Source: Caulobacteraceae bacterium
Lineage (GTDB): Bacteria > Pseudomonadota > Alphaproteobacteria > Caulobacterales > Caulobacteraceae
DNA length: 64,000 nucleotides
Direction of reading: 5' to 3'
Assembly (NCBI GenBank): GCA_947476325.1
Contig: CANJPZ010000001.1
Span: 202,021 to 266,020, forward strand
Within the stretch, counting starts at the first letter, position 1. Every line of letters begins with the position of its first letter. Shown piece after piece: positions 29,684 through 38,376 of the stretch. The notes under the pieces are model-generated. The model saw only the letters and a program-made list of their open reading frames with translations, did not search any database and was not told the DNA's origin. The translations under genes were made by a program, and so were the position numbers.

Positions 29684-30571
29684 TCATGCGGCCTTGATCA
29701 CCCCGGCGAGCAGCCGGCCTTCGGCGGCGCGGGACGAGCCTTCGCGCCAGGCGATGACGATCTCGCGGCTCGGGTGGTTTGAGCCGATCGGCCGAACACA
29801 GACGCCGGCTGCCTGGGCCAGGCCTGCGCCCATGGCCGGCAGGAACGAGACCCCCAGCCCTGAGCCGACCATCTGCACAAGCGTCGGCAGCGAGGTGGCG
29901 GCGATGGTCTCCTCGCCATAGCGGGCCGGCGGCGCCAGGCCGCAGGCGGCCAGGGCGTGGTCGCGCAAGCAGTGGCCGTCCTCCAGCAGGATCAGCTCTT
30001 CGCGGTCCATCGTCTCCGGCGTCACCTGGGCCAGGGCCGACAGCGGGTGGCCATCCGGCAGGGCGGCCAGCAGTTCGTCATCGACGACGTGGGCGTGGTC
30101 GAGCCCCGTCATGTCGTAGGGCAGGGCGATCAGGGCCGCATCCAGGGCGCCGGCCCGCAGCGCCGTGGTCAGCCGGTGGGTCAAATCCTCGCGCAGATAG
30201 AGGCGCAGTTTCGGATACTGCGCCCGCAACACCGGCAGGGCGCGGGGCAGCAGGAACGGCGCAATGGTCGGGATGACCCCCAGGCGGAACCGCCCGGACA
30301 GAGGATCTGCCGCGCCGCGCGCCGCTTCGACCAGATCGCCGGCCTGCGCCAGAATGGCGCCGCCTCGGGCCGCCACCTCCTCGCCGGCCGAGGTCAGGAT
30401 CAGGCCTGACCGCGCCCGGTCGATCAGCGAAGCGCCAAGAATCTTTTCCAGCTCGGCGATACCGGCCGACAGGGTCGGCTGGGTGACGTGCGCGGCCTCG
30501 GCGGCTCTGGAGAACGAGCCATGTTCGGCGAGCAATTTGAGATACTGAAGCTGGCGCAGGGTCGGGAGCAT
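29684..30571 (-). CDS. oxyR: LysR-family hydrogen peroxide sensor OxyR
   Basis: HTH MLPTLRQLQYLKLLAEHGSFSRAAEAAHVTQPTLS and redox-Cys block LLEDGHCLRDHALAAC. Start at internal ATG 30571. Confidence 0.8.
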   Translation of the reverse strand: MLPTLRQLQYLKLLAEHGSFSRAAEAAHVTQPTLSAGIAELEKILGASLIDRARSGLILTSAGEEVAARGGAILAQAGDLVEAARGAADPLSGRFRLGVIPTIAPFLLPRALPVLRAQYPKLRLYLREDLTHRLTTALRAGALDAALIALPYDMTGLDHAHVVDDELLAALPDGHPLSALAQVTPETMDREELILLEDGHCLRDHALAACGLAPPARYGEETIAATSLPTLVQMVGSGLGVSFLPAMGAGLAQAAGVCVRPIGSNHPSREIVIAWREGSSRAAEGRLLAGVIKAA

Positions 30572-30579
30572 GTCTCGAT

Positions 30580-30594
30580 ATAGGGGCGCTCTAT
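30580..30594. promoter_or_regulatory. ATAG-N7-CTAT half of an OxyR-type operator
   Basis: ATAGgggcgctCTAT lies 9 nt upstream of the oxyR start codon. The second half-site is degenerate. Confidence 0.35.
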
Positions 30595-30892
30595 CAAAAC
30601 TGCAAAACAGATTGGCTGAATCTTCATGGCCTGCGGATTGTATCTGCCCAAATTCGCCCCACTTAAGCTTTACGAAAATATCGGACCGCCGGGCGCATCC
30701 GGCGGCCACTACCTTGGCACAGGGTGTGGTTAAAAAGAACCTTGCATCACTCACTACCTTGTTATGCGTAACCCCTGCCCGCCGCACCTGATTTGGGGAT
30801 CTCGCAATGCGTCAGACGCTCTGGAAGGAAATCATCCTTTGCCTCCTGCTAGCGCTCGCGATCACCGCTACTGGCGTGGCCGCAGCGACGCT

Positions 30893-31744
30893 CTAGGCGG
30901 CTTCGAAACTCAACGGTCCGCCCCAGAAGGCCTCGACCAGGGCGTTCTGGGCGCCGGGCTCGCCGGTCGTCAGAAACCGCCGTAGCCCACGGTTTCCAGG
31001 CTCATATTCCGGATGCCGCGCCAGATAGCGCTCGATCGCGTCCGCCGTCGCCACAGGCTGGTGGATGATCGGCGTGCCCGTCGGCAGGGCGGCGCGGAAG
31101 ATGTCGGCCACCAGTTCATAGTGGGTGCAGCCCAGGATCGCCCGGTCCGGCCCCCGGCCGATCCGCGTGGTCAGGGCCCGCACATGGCCTTCGATGGTGG
31201 TGGCCAGCTCCACCGCGCCCGCGCCATCTTCGATCATCTGGGCCAGGCCGGGACAGGCCTCCGAGAAAACCGCCACGTCCTGGCGGCGCTTGTCGATTTC
31301 GATCTCGTAGACGCGTGAGGCGACGGTGGCCCGCGTGGCGAACACGGCCAGGATGTCGACCTTTTCGACCTTGTCGCCGCGCCGCTCGGCCTCATGTTCC
31401 CACGGCAAGCCCGTCGCCGCCTCGATGGTCGGCACAATGATGCCCAGCACATTGACCGGACGGCCCAGTTGTTTGCGATAGGCCGGAAGCCAGGTCTGCT
31501 GCAGGCGGCGAAGGGCGATGGCGGACGCGGTGTTGCAGGCCAGCACGATCAGGCTGGCGCCTTCATCGAACAGGCGGATGCAGCCGGCCCGGGTCAGATC
31601 GACGATCTCCTCGCCCGACTTGCCGCCGTAGGGCGCATTGGCCTGATCGCCCAGATAGATGAAGTCGGCTGACGGCAGCCGGTTCACCAGGGCGCGGTGG
31701 ACAGAAAGCCCGCCTACGCCGGAATCAAAGACGCCGATCGACAT
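30893..31744 (-). CDS. murI: Glutamate racemase
   Basis: GVFDSGVGGLSV, VLACNTAS and LGCTHY catalytic blocks. Confidence 0.93.
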   Translation of the reverse strand: MSIGVFDSGVGGLSVHRALVNRLPSADFIYLGDQANAPYGGKSGEEIVDLTRAGCIRLFDEGASLIVLACNTASAIALRRLQQTWLPAYRKQLGRPVNVLGIIVPTIEAATGLPWEHEAERRGDKVEKVDILAVFATRATVASRVYEIEIDKRRQDVAVFSEACPGLAQMIEDGAGAVELATTIEGHVRALTTRIGRGPDRAILGCTHYELVADIFRAALPTGTPIIHQPVATADAIERYLARHPEYEPGNRGLRRFLTTGEPGAQNALVEAFWGGPLSFEAA

Positions 31745-31779
31745 GCCCCAGGCTTACCGGGCGGCCTCGAAGTTTCAAC

Positions 31780-32181
31780 CTATTCTTCCCACGGTCCCTT
31801 GCGTTGGGCCGCCGCGTCGATTCGCTCTCGCCACAGGAACAGGGCGGGCGTGACTATCAGCTCCATGACCAGCGCCAGCTCGGCCTCCTTGCCGCCGCCG
31901 CGGCCCAGGATCGTTCCGGCCCTGGCCATGCCGCCGATCACCACCAGGGCGCACAGCATCCGGAACGGCCAGCGCTGGGCCTCGATGCGCGGAATCATGA
32001 TCCAGAACATCAGCCCCATGCCGAACAGGATTCCCGACAGATAGCGGTAATGGCTGTCCGCAAATTCGCCCGGCGCGCCAAAGCCGCTGAGCACACCCCA
32101 GAAACCGGCGGTCACCGGCACGATGGCGGCGACCGCCACCGCGATCTGCAAGGCCAGCCGCTCACCTTCAGGTCTGGTCAT
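31780..32181 (-). CDS. Four-TM membrane protein, DUF4345-like
   Basis: 133 aa from internal ATG 32181 (MTRPEGERLALQIAVAVAAIVPV...SHYRYLSGILFGMG...). The rest of ORF 31780..33501 is antisense to dcp and was discarded. Confidence 0.65.
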   Translation of the reverse strand: MTRPEGERLALQIAVAVAAIVPVTAGFWGVLSGFGAPGEFADSHYRYLSGILFGMGLMFWIMIPRIEAQRWPFRMLCALVVIGGMARAGTILGRGGGKEAELALVMELIVTPALFLWRERIDAAAQRKGPWEE

Positions 32182-32268
32182 AATAGCCTCGCTGCCTGTT
32201 GCGGTCAGCCCCCTATATAGGCTCAGATAGCCGCGCGGCGACCCCTCGCCGGCGACAGGGCCCTCGCC

Positions 32269-34374
32269 ATGAAGCGACGCACCTTTCTGGCGGCTGGACT
32301 GGCCGCCACCACCTTGCCGGGGATATCGAAGGCCCAGATGGAAAATCCTGTTCTCGCCAAATGGACCGGCCCCTATGGCGGGCTTCCCGCTTTTGACCGC
32401 GTCCGCACGGCCGATTTCCTTCCGGCCTTCGAGACCGCGATCGCCGCCGACAAGGCCGACGTCGACGCCATCGCGGCCCAGACCGCGCCGCCCAGCTTCG
32501 CCAATACCCTGGTCCCGATGGAAAAGTCGGGACGATCCCTCGACCGCGCCCAGTGCATCTATGGCGTCATCTCGGGCACCCATTCGACGCCGGAATTCCG
32601 CGACATCGAAAAGCTGATCGACCCGAAACTTTCGGCCCACCGCGACGAGACCACCCAGAACGCCGCGCTCTTTGCCCGCATAGAGGCGGTCTACAATACG
32701 CGCGAGGCCGCCGGCCTGACGCCCGAGCAACAGCGCCTGTCCTGGCTCTATTGGAACTCGTACGTGCGCTCGGGCGCCAAACTTGCGGGTCCGGCCAAGA
32801 CCCGTATCGCGGCGATCAACCAGCAGCTGGCCAGCCTGTTCAACCGCTTCAACGAAAACCTGCTGGCCGACGAAGAGACCTTTACCGAAGTCACCGAGTC
32901 CCAGATGGCCAGCCTGCCCGCCTCGGTTGCTGACGCCGCCCGCGCTGAAGCGAGGGATCGAAAGCTCGGCGGCGCCGGCGCCATCGTCAACACCCGCTCG
33001 TCGGTCGAGCCGTACCTGGCCTACGCGACCGACCGGGCCATGCGCGAGCGTATCTGGCGCAAGTTCATCGACCGCGGCGACAATGGCGACGCCCACGACA
33101 ACAACGCCATTATCAAGGACATCCTCAAGCTGAGGGTCGAGCGGGCGAAGTTGCTCGGCTTTGCCACCCACGCCCACTGGCGGTTGGAAAACGCCATGGC
33201 CAAGACGCCCGAGAACGCCATGGCGCTGCTGGAAAAGGTCTGGGGCCCCGCCGTCCAGCGCGTTCACGAAGAGGTCGCCGACATGCAGGCGATCGCCACT
33301 GCCGAGGGCGCCAGGATCACCATCGAGCCCTGGGACTATCGCTTCTACGCCGAGAAGGTCCGGGCCGCGAAATACGACCTCGATCTGAATCAGGCCCGGC
33401 CCTACATGCAGCTGGAAAAGCTGCGCGAGGCGATGTTCTGGACCGCCGGCCAGCTGCACGGCCTGGTCTTCACCCAGGTCACGGACATCCCCGTCCACCA
33501 TCCCGATGTCCGCACCTGGAAGGTTACCAATGCGTCGGGCGCGCTGCAGGGCGTCTGGTACTTCGACCCCTTCGCCCGCGCCGGCAAACGCTCGGGCGCC
33601 TGGATGAACCAGTACCGCTCGCAGGAGCGCTTCGACGGCCCGGTCATCGCCGTGGTCTCCAACAACTGCAACTTCGTCAAGGGCGCGCCGGGCGAGCCGG
33701 TCCTCATCTCATGGGATGACGCCACCACCCTGTTCCACGAGTTCGGCCACGCCGTGCACGGCCTGCTCTCGGCGGTGAACTACCCGTCCCTGTCGGGCAC
33801 CGCCGTGCCGCGCGACTATGTCGAGTTCCCCAGCCAGCTGAACGAACACTGGTTGCCGACCAAGGAGGTGCTCAGCCGCTTTGCCCTGCACTACCGCACC
33901 GGCGAGCCGATCCCCGCGGCCCTGGTTGAGCGCATCAAGAAGGCCGACACGTTCAACCAGGGCTTCGACACCGTCGAATATCTGGCCAGCGCCCTGATCG
34001 ACATGAAGCTGCACCTGGCCGGCGATGCCGATATCGACCCCGACGCCTTTGAGCGCACAGAGCTGGCCAAACTGGGCATGCCGAAGGAAATCGTGATGCG
34101 TCACAGGACCCCGCAGTTCGGCCACGTTTTTTCGTCCGACGGCTATTCGGCCGGCTATTACAGCTATCTGTGGGCCGACACCCTGACCGCCGACTGCGCC
34201 GAGGCCTTCGAGGCCTCACCGGGCGGCTATTACGACAAGTCGACCGCCAGCCGTCTGCGCACCGAAATTCTGTCGAAGGGCAACACCATCGACCCGGCCA
34301 TCCAGTACCGCGCCTTCCGCGGCCGCGATCCCGATCCGGCGGCGCTGATGCGCAAGCGTGGGTTCGTCAGCTAG
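32269..34374 (+). CDS. dcp: Peptidyl-dipeptidase Dcp (M3 family), Tat/Sec exported
   Basis: MKRRTFLAAGLAATTLPG signal peptide and HEFGHAVH zinc motif; 701 aa. Confidence 0.92.
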   Translation: MKRRTFLAAGLAATTLPGISKAQMENPVLAKWTGPYGGLPAFDRVRTADFLPAFETAIAADKADVDAIAAQTAPPSFANTLVPMEKSGRSLDRAQCIYGVISGTHSTPEFRDIEKLIDPKLSAHRDETTQNAALFARIEAVYNTREAAGLTPEQQRLSWLYWNSYVRSGAKLAGPAKTRIAAINQQLASLFNRFNENLLADEETFTEVTESQMASLPASVADAARAEARDRKLGGAGAIVNTRSSVEPYLAYATDRAMRERIWRKFIDRGDNGDAHDNNAIIKDILKLRVERAKLLGFATHAHWRLENAMAKTPENAMALLEKVWGPAVQRVHEEVADMQAIATAEGARITIEPWDYRFYAEKVRAAKYDLDLNQARPYMQLEKLREAMFWTAGQLHGLVFTQVTDIPVHHPDVRTWKVTNASGALQGVWYFDPFARAGKRSGAWMNQYRSQERFDGPVIAVVSNNCNFVKGAPGEPVLISWDDATTLFHEFGHAVHGLLSAVNYPSLSGTAVPRDYVEFPSQLNEHWLPTKEVLSRFALHYRTGEPIPAALVERIKKADTFNQGFDTVEYLASALIDMKLHLAGDADIDPDAFERTELAKLGMPKEIVMRHRTPQFGHVFSSDGYSAGYYSYLWADTLTADCAEAFEASPGGYYDKSTASRLRTEILSKGNTIDPAIQYRAFRGRDPDPAALMRKRGFVS

Positions 34375-34456
34375 CCGGCATCATTGCCCGTCACCGGGCT
34401 TTGGCCTATCGCATCACCCTGATGCCGCGCTTGCGCGGACCCTCAAGGAGTTGGCG

Positions 34457-35200
34457 ATGTCGATCTGGAGCAAGGGCACAGCTGCGATGGTGCTGGCCGC
34501 GTGTCTCGCCGCCGGACTGCCCGCCGCCGCCCAGACGCCGAACGCGACAGCGGCCCTCACCGCCCGCGCCAACGCCGGCGCCGTCGAGGCCATGCAGGCC
34601 CTGGGTCTGGCCGCCGCAGCCCGCCGCGGCGGCGGCTCGGCCGAGCGCTCGCGCAGCGACGATGATAACCAGTCCGCCGTGCCGTCCTTCGTCGAGGCGA
34701 CCCGCTGGTTCCGCATGGCGGCCGAAAAGGGCAGCGCCGCGGGCATGTACAGCCTGGGCACCTCTTACCTCGACGGCCAGGGCGTGCCGAAAGACATCGA
34801 ACAGGCCATCCGCTGGCTGCGCATGGCCGCCGACAAGGGCAATGGCCCGGCCATGTTCAATCTGGCCTACATCTATGAGACCGGTGAGGACGTCCCCAAG
34901 GACCCCGCCCAGGCGCTGGGCTGGTACCGCAAGGCCGCCGAGGCCGGCGAAATGGGCGCCATGGTCGAGCTGGCCAGCAAGTATCACGGCGGCGAGGGTG
35001 TCACCCGCGATCTGGCCGAGGCCGCGCGCTGGCAGCGCAAGGCCGCCGACCTGGGCTACGCGCCGTCGATGCTGGCCATGGGCCGCTACTATGCGGCGGG
35101 CGAAGGCGTCGCCAAAAGCCCCGCCGAGTCCCTGGCGTGGTACCGCAAGGCCGCGGCCGCCGGAAACAGCGACGCCCAGATCCTGATGCAGGGCCGCTAG
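34457..35200 (+). CDS. Secreted Sel1-repeat (TPR-like) protein
   Basis: Signal peptide MSIWSKGTAAMVLAACLAAGLPAAAQ and about five Sel1 repeats (A..WfRkAAekG...A...Lg..Y..G.GV.kD). AAGGAG lies 6 nt upstream of ATG 34457. Confidence 0.85.
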   Translation: MSIWSKGTAAMVLAACLAAGLPAAAQTPNATAALTARANAGAVEAMQALGLAAAARRGGGSAERSRSDDDNQSAVPSFVEATRWFRMAAEKGSAAGMYSLGTSYLDGQGVPKDIEQAIRWLRMAADKGNGPAMFNLAYIYETGEDVPKDPAQALGWYRKAAEAGEMGAMVELASKYHGGEGVTRDLAEAARWQRKAADLGYAPSMLAMGRYYAAGEGVAKSPAESLAWYRKAAAAGNSDAQILMQGR

Positions 35201-35799
35201 GCCCCCACAGCCTCTTCCACCTGATCCAGCCGGTCCTTGCCGAAGAACATCTCGCCACCGACGAAGAAGGTCGGAATGCCGAACACCCCGCGCGCCACGG
35301 CCGCCTCGGTGTTGGCGACCAGGGCGCCCTTCACCTCAGGATCCGCCGTGGCGGCGATCAGCCCCGCGCCATCCAGCCCGGCGGCGTCCAGCACCCGAAC
35401 CACCACCTGCGGATCGTCCATCTTCTCGCCCGCCTCCCACATGGCGGCCAGTACGGCGGCGACGTAAGGCGCCTCCACGCCGGTCCTCTGCGCTGCGATG
35501 AGGCCGCGCATGATCAGCAGGGTGTTGACCGGAAAATGCGGATTGAACCGGAAGGCGGACAATCCGTGCCGCTCAACGAACCGCCGGGTCTCCAGCTGCT
35601 CATAGGCCAGCTTGCCCTTGACCTCGCCGAACGCCTCCATGGGCGAGCGGTTGTTGGTCGCCTTGAAAATCCCGCCCAGCAGACAGGGGATCAGATGCAC
35701 GCTCGCGCCCGTCCGCGCGGCGATGCCGGGCAGCGCCTTCCACGACAGATAGGCGTTGGGGCTGCCGAAATCGAAGATGAACTCGATGGTCTTGGTCAT
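35197..35799 (-). CDS. 2-hydroxychromene-2-carboxylate isomerase / DsbA-like family protein
   Basis: IEFIFDFGSPNAYL N-terminus and C-terminal GVFGIPTFFVGGEMFFGKDRL. Confidence 0.85.
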   Translation of the reverse strand: MTKTIEFIFDFGSPNAYLSWKALPGIAARTGASVHLIPCLLGGIFKATNNRSPMEAFGEVKGKLAYEQLETRRFVERHGLSAFRFNPHFPVNTLLIMRGLIAAQRTGVEAPYVAAVLAAMWEAGEKMDDPQVVVRVLDAAGLDGAGLIAATADPEVKGALVANTEAAVARGVFGIPTFFVGGEMFFGKDRLDQVEEAVGA

Positions 35800-35806
35800 G
35801 ACGCCC

Positions 35807-36547
35807 TCACCAGGTTTCCGTCCAGGGCCGCAGGTCCATCTCGTGGGTCCAGGCCGATTTCGCCTGGCGGTGCAGGGCCACGAAACTGGTCGCGATATCG
35901 GCCGGTTTCAAAATCTCGTCCCGCGCCAGCAGGCCCTCGACCGCGCCCGGCAGCCGCTCGCGGGTGAACACCCCATCGATGGCGCCGTCGACCACCACAT
36001 GGGCGACATGGACGCCCTGCGGCCCCAGCTCGCGGGCCATGGCCTGCGCCACGGCCCTCAAGCCAGCCTTGGCCGCGGCAAAGGCTGCAAACCCGTCGCG
36101 GCCGCGCACGCTGGCCGTCGCCCCGGTAAACAGGATCGTGCCCCGCCCGCGCGGAACCATCACCCGCGCCGCCTCGCGTCCTGTCAAAAAGCCGGCGAAA
36201 CAGGCCATCTCCCAGACCTTGGTGAACACCCGCGTCGTGGTTTCGCGGATGGGAAAGCGCACATTCGCGCCGATGTTGAACACCACCACCTCCAGCGGCC
36301 CGACTTCGCGCTCGATCCGGTCGACCAGCGCAATCATCTCATCTTCGGACCGCGCATCGACGCCAAAGGCATGGGCCGTCCCGCCGCCGGCCGTGATCTC
36401 TGCGGCCAGGGCCTCCAGCTGATCCAGATTGCGCGGCCGCCGTGTCAGGCACACCGCCAATCCCTCAGCGGCGAAAGCCCGCGCTATGGCTCCGCCCAAC
36501 CCGTCGCCCGCTCCGATGATCAGGCATGCGCCTCTTGATCCCGCCAT
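35807..36547 (-). CDS. SDR family oxidoreductase
   Basis: Rossmann GAGDGLGGAIARAF and an SDR active-site region (AAFAAAKAG). Confidence 0.88.
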   Translation of the reverse strand: MAGSRGACLIIGAGDGLGGAIARAFAAEGLAVCLTRRPRNLDQLEALAAEITAGGGTAHAFGVDARSEDEMIALVDRIEREVGPLEVVVFNIGANVRFPIRETTTRVFTKVWEMACFAGFLTGREAARVMVPRGRGTILFTGATASVRGRDGFAAFAAAKAGLRAVAQAMARELGPQGVHVAHVVVDGAIDGVFTRERLPGAVEGLLARDEILKPADIATSFVALHRQAKSAWTHEMDLRPWTETW

Positions 36548-36638
36548 CCTCTTTTCCCTTCGCGTCCATCTCAAAGGCTACAACAATTGAGCCCGGCGCC
36601 TATTGCCCCTAAGCCTGCGGTCAGGCGGAGGAAATCTA

Positions 36639-38171
36639 ATGACCAGCCATCGACCGTTTCTGCGGGCCGCGCGCCATCTGATGCTCTGCGCCGCCCTGAT
36701 CCTCGCCGCCTGCGCCACCGCAACGCCCCGCGCGCCTACAGCCTTCGCCGGGAGCCGCGACCTTGTCCTCACCGGCCAGGTCACCCGCGCCGACTGGCAG
36801 ACCTACAAGGAGATCACCTTCGACGTTCCCGCCGGGATCGAGCGGCTGACCATCGCCGTCTCCCACGATGGCCGCGAGGCCCATACCACCCTGGATCTTG
36901 GCCTCGTCGGCCCGAACGGTTTTCGCGGCTGGAGCGGGTCGAACAAGACCGGCTTCACGCTGTCGGCCACAGACGCCACGCCTTCGTTCTCGCCGGGCCG
37001 CGTTGAGCCCGGCCGCTGGGCCCTGCTGATCGGCGTGCCGGCCATCCGTGAGGGCGTCACCACCCGCTTTGAGGCGCGCGTCACCCTGGCCGGCGTCCAG
37101 GCCCGGCCGGTGGAATTCGCCGCCGCCCCGATCCGGACGACTGCCGGCTGGTACCGCGGCGACTTCCACGCCCACACCGCCCACAGCGATGGCAGTTGCG
37201 ACAGCCTCTCAGGCAAGCGCACCCCATGCCCGGCCTTCCTGACCCTGGACGCCGCCCGCGCCACAGGGCTCGATTTCGTCTCGGTCACCGACCACAACAC
37301 CGGCGCGCAGAACAACAGCCTGCGCGAACTTCAGGGCTACTACGACACCCTGCTGATCGTGCCCGGCCAGGAAGTCACCACCCTGTTCGGCCACGCCAAT
37401 GCGCTTGGCATTACCGAGCCGATGGAGTTTCGCCTCGGCACGCCCTACCTGCCAAACCTTGAGCCCCTGCGCGACCGCGTAGCCGCCCACGGCGGCATGC
37501 TCTCGGTCAACCACCCCGGCCAGCCCACCGGCGAGGCCTGCCTCGGCTGCGGCTGGAACGCTCCCGACGCGCATCCCGAACGCATCGAGGCGGTCGAGGT
37601 GATCAACGGCGGCAGCATGGCCTCCACCGGCCTGGCCGAAAGCCCCAACTGGGGCGTGGTGTTCTGGGAGCGCCTGTTGAACCAGGGTCTCCACCCCACC
37701 GCCATCGGCGGCAGCGACAACCACGACGCCCGCATGACCTCCAAACAGTCGCCGGTCGGCATGCCCACAACGGTAGTTTACGCAACCAACCTGTCCACCG
37801 CCGGCATCCTCGACGGCGTCCGCTCAGGCCGCGTGTTCATCGACGTCGCCGGCCCAGGCCGCCGCATCATCGACCTTGCCGCCACCGGCCCGTCAGGCGA
37901 GGCCCGCATGGGCGGGACCCTGCGCCTTGCCGCCGGCCAGAGCGGCCGCCTGAGGATCGAAACGCAAGGGCTTGCCGGCATGACCCTGCAACTGGTGACC
38001 GGAAACGGCGCCCCGGCCCTGTCGCTGACCGCGCCGGGTCTCGCCGCCGACACCGATGTCCGCGACCTGGCCCTGCCCGGATCGGCTACCCCCTACTGGG
38101 TCCGCCTCAACGTCCGCGACGCATCCGGCAAACTGATGCTGCTGTCCAACCCGGTCTATGTGCGGCCGTAG
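36639..38171 (+). CDS. Lipoprotein with PHP-type (CehA/McbA-like) metallohydrolase domain
   Basis: Lipobox LILAAC and PHP motif GDFHAHTAHSDG...VTDHN. GGAGG lies 8 nt upstream of ATG 36639. Confidence 0.75.
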   Translation: MTSHRPFLRAARHLMLCAALILAACATATPRAPTAFAGSRDLVLTGQVTRADWQTYKEITFDVPAGIERLTIAVSHDGREAHTTLDLGLVGPNGFRGWSGSNKTGFTLSATDATPSFSPGRVEPGRWALLIGVPAIREGVTTRFEARVTLAGVQARPVEFAAAPIRTTAGWYRGDFHAHTAHSDGSCDSLSGKRTPCPAFLTLDAARATGLDFVSVTDHNTGAQNNSLRELQGYYDTLLIVPGQEVTTLFGHANALGITEPMEFRLGTPYLPNLEPLRDRVAAHGGMLSVNHPGQPTGEACLGCGWNAPDAHPERIEAVEVINGGSMASTGLAESPNWGVVFWERLLNQGLHPTAIGGSDNHDARMTSKQSPVGMPTTVVYATNLSTAGILDGVRSGRVFIDVAGPGRRIIDLAATGPSGEARMGGTLRLAAGQSGRLRIETQGLAGMTLQLVTGNGAPALSLTAPGLAADTDVRDLALPGSATPYWVRLNVRDASGKLMLLSNPVYVRP

Positions 38172-38376
38172 GGCCCATTCGCGGCCACCCCGCACCCTGA
38201 AATCCTTGACCTTCCGCCCCCTGGCGCGCATAAGCCGCCCCTTCCGGCGCAACTTCCGTTCGCGCCCTCTACCGTGACGACCCCGGGGACCCATCCTGGA
38301 CGAGCGCGGCGAGGCCTCCAGTCCGCGTGATCGCGCACTGGAGCGAACGGCGTTTGGGCCATCGCTAGAGGCTTCT

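Noticed and set aside
30714-30745. A sigma-54-like promoter: TGGCAC ... TTGCA.
   Set aside because: The two elements are 21 nt apart instead of the required 5 nt (the GG and GC dinucleotides must be 10 nt apart), so this is not a -24/-12 promoter.
30736-30760. An EcfG-like motif, AGAAC-N16-CCTT, upstream of the 29-codon ORF.
   Set aside because: It has mismatches in both the -35 and the conserved G of the -10 element, so it is indistinguishable from background.
31780-33501. The 573-aa ORF on the minus strand, and likewise the 337-aa ORF 42565..43578 and the 379-aa ORF 45763..46902.
   Set aside because: Only the 3' parts are real genes (DUF4345-like, DUF1192, enoyl-CoA hydratase). These have internal ATGs in sensible context. 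The 5' extensions run antisense through dcp, the quinone oxidoreductase gene, or the neighbouring hydratase gene.
38172-38376. SRP (4.5S) RNA or another ncRNA gene directly upstream of ffh.
   Set aside because: There is no match to the conserved SRP domain IV motif (GGAA/AGCAGCC-type loops). The region is better explained as the promoter plus 5'UTR.
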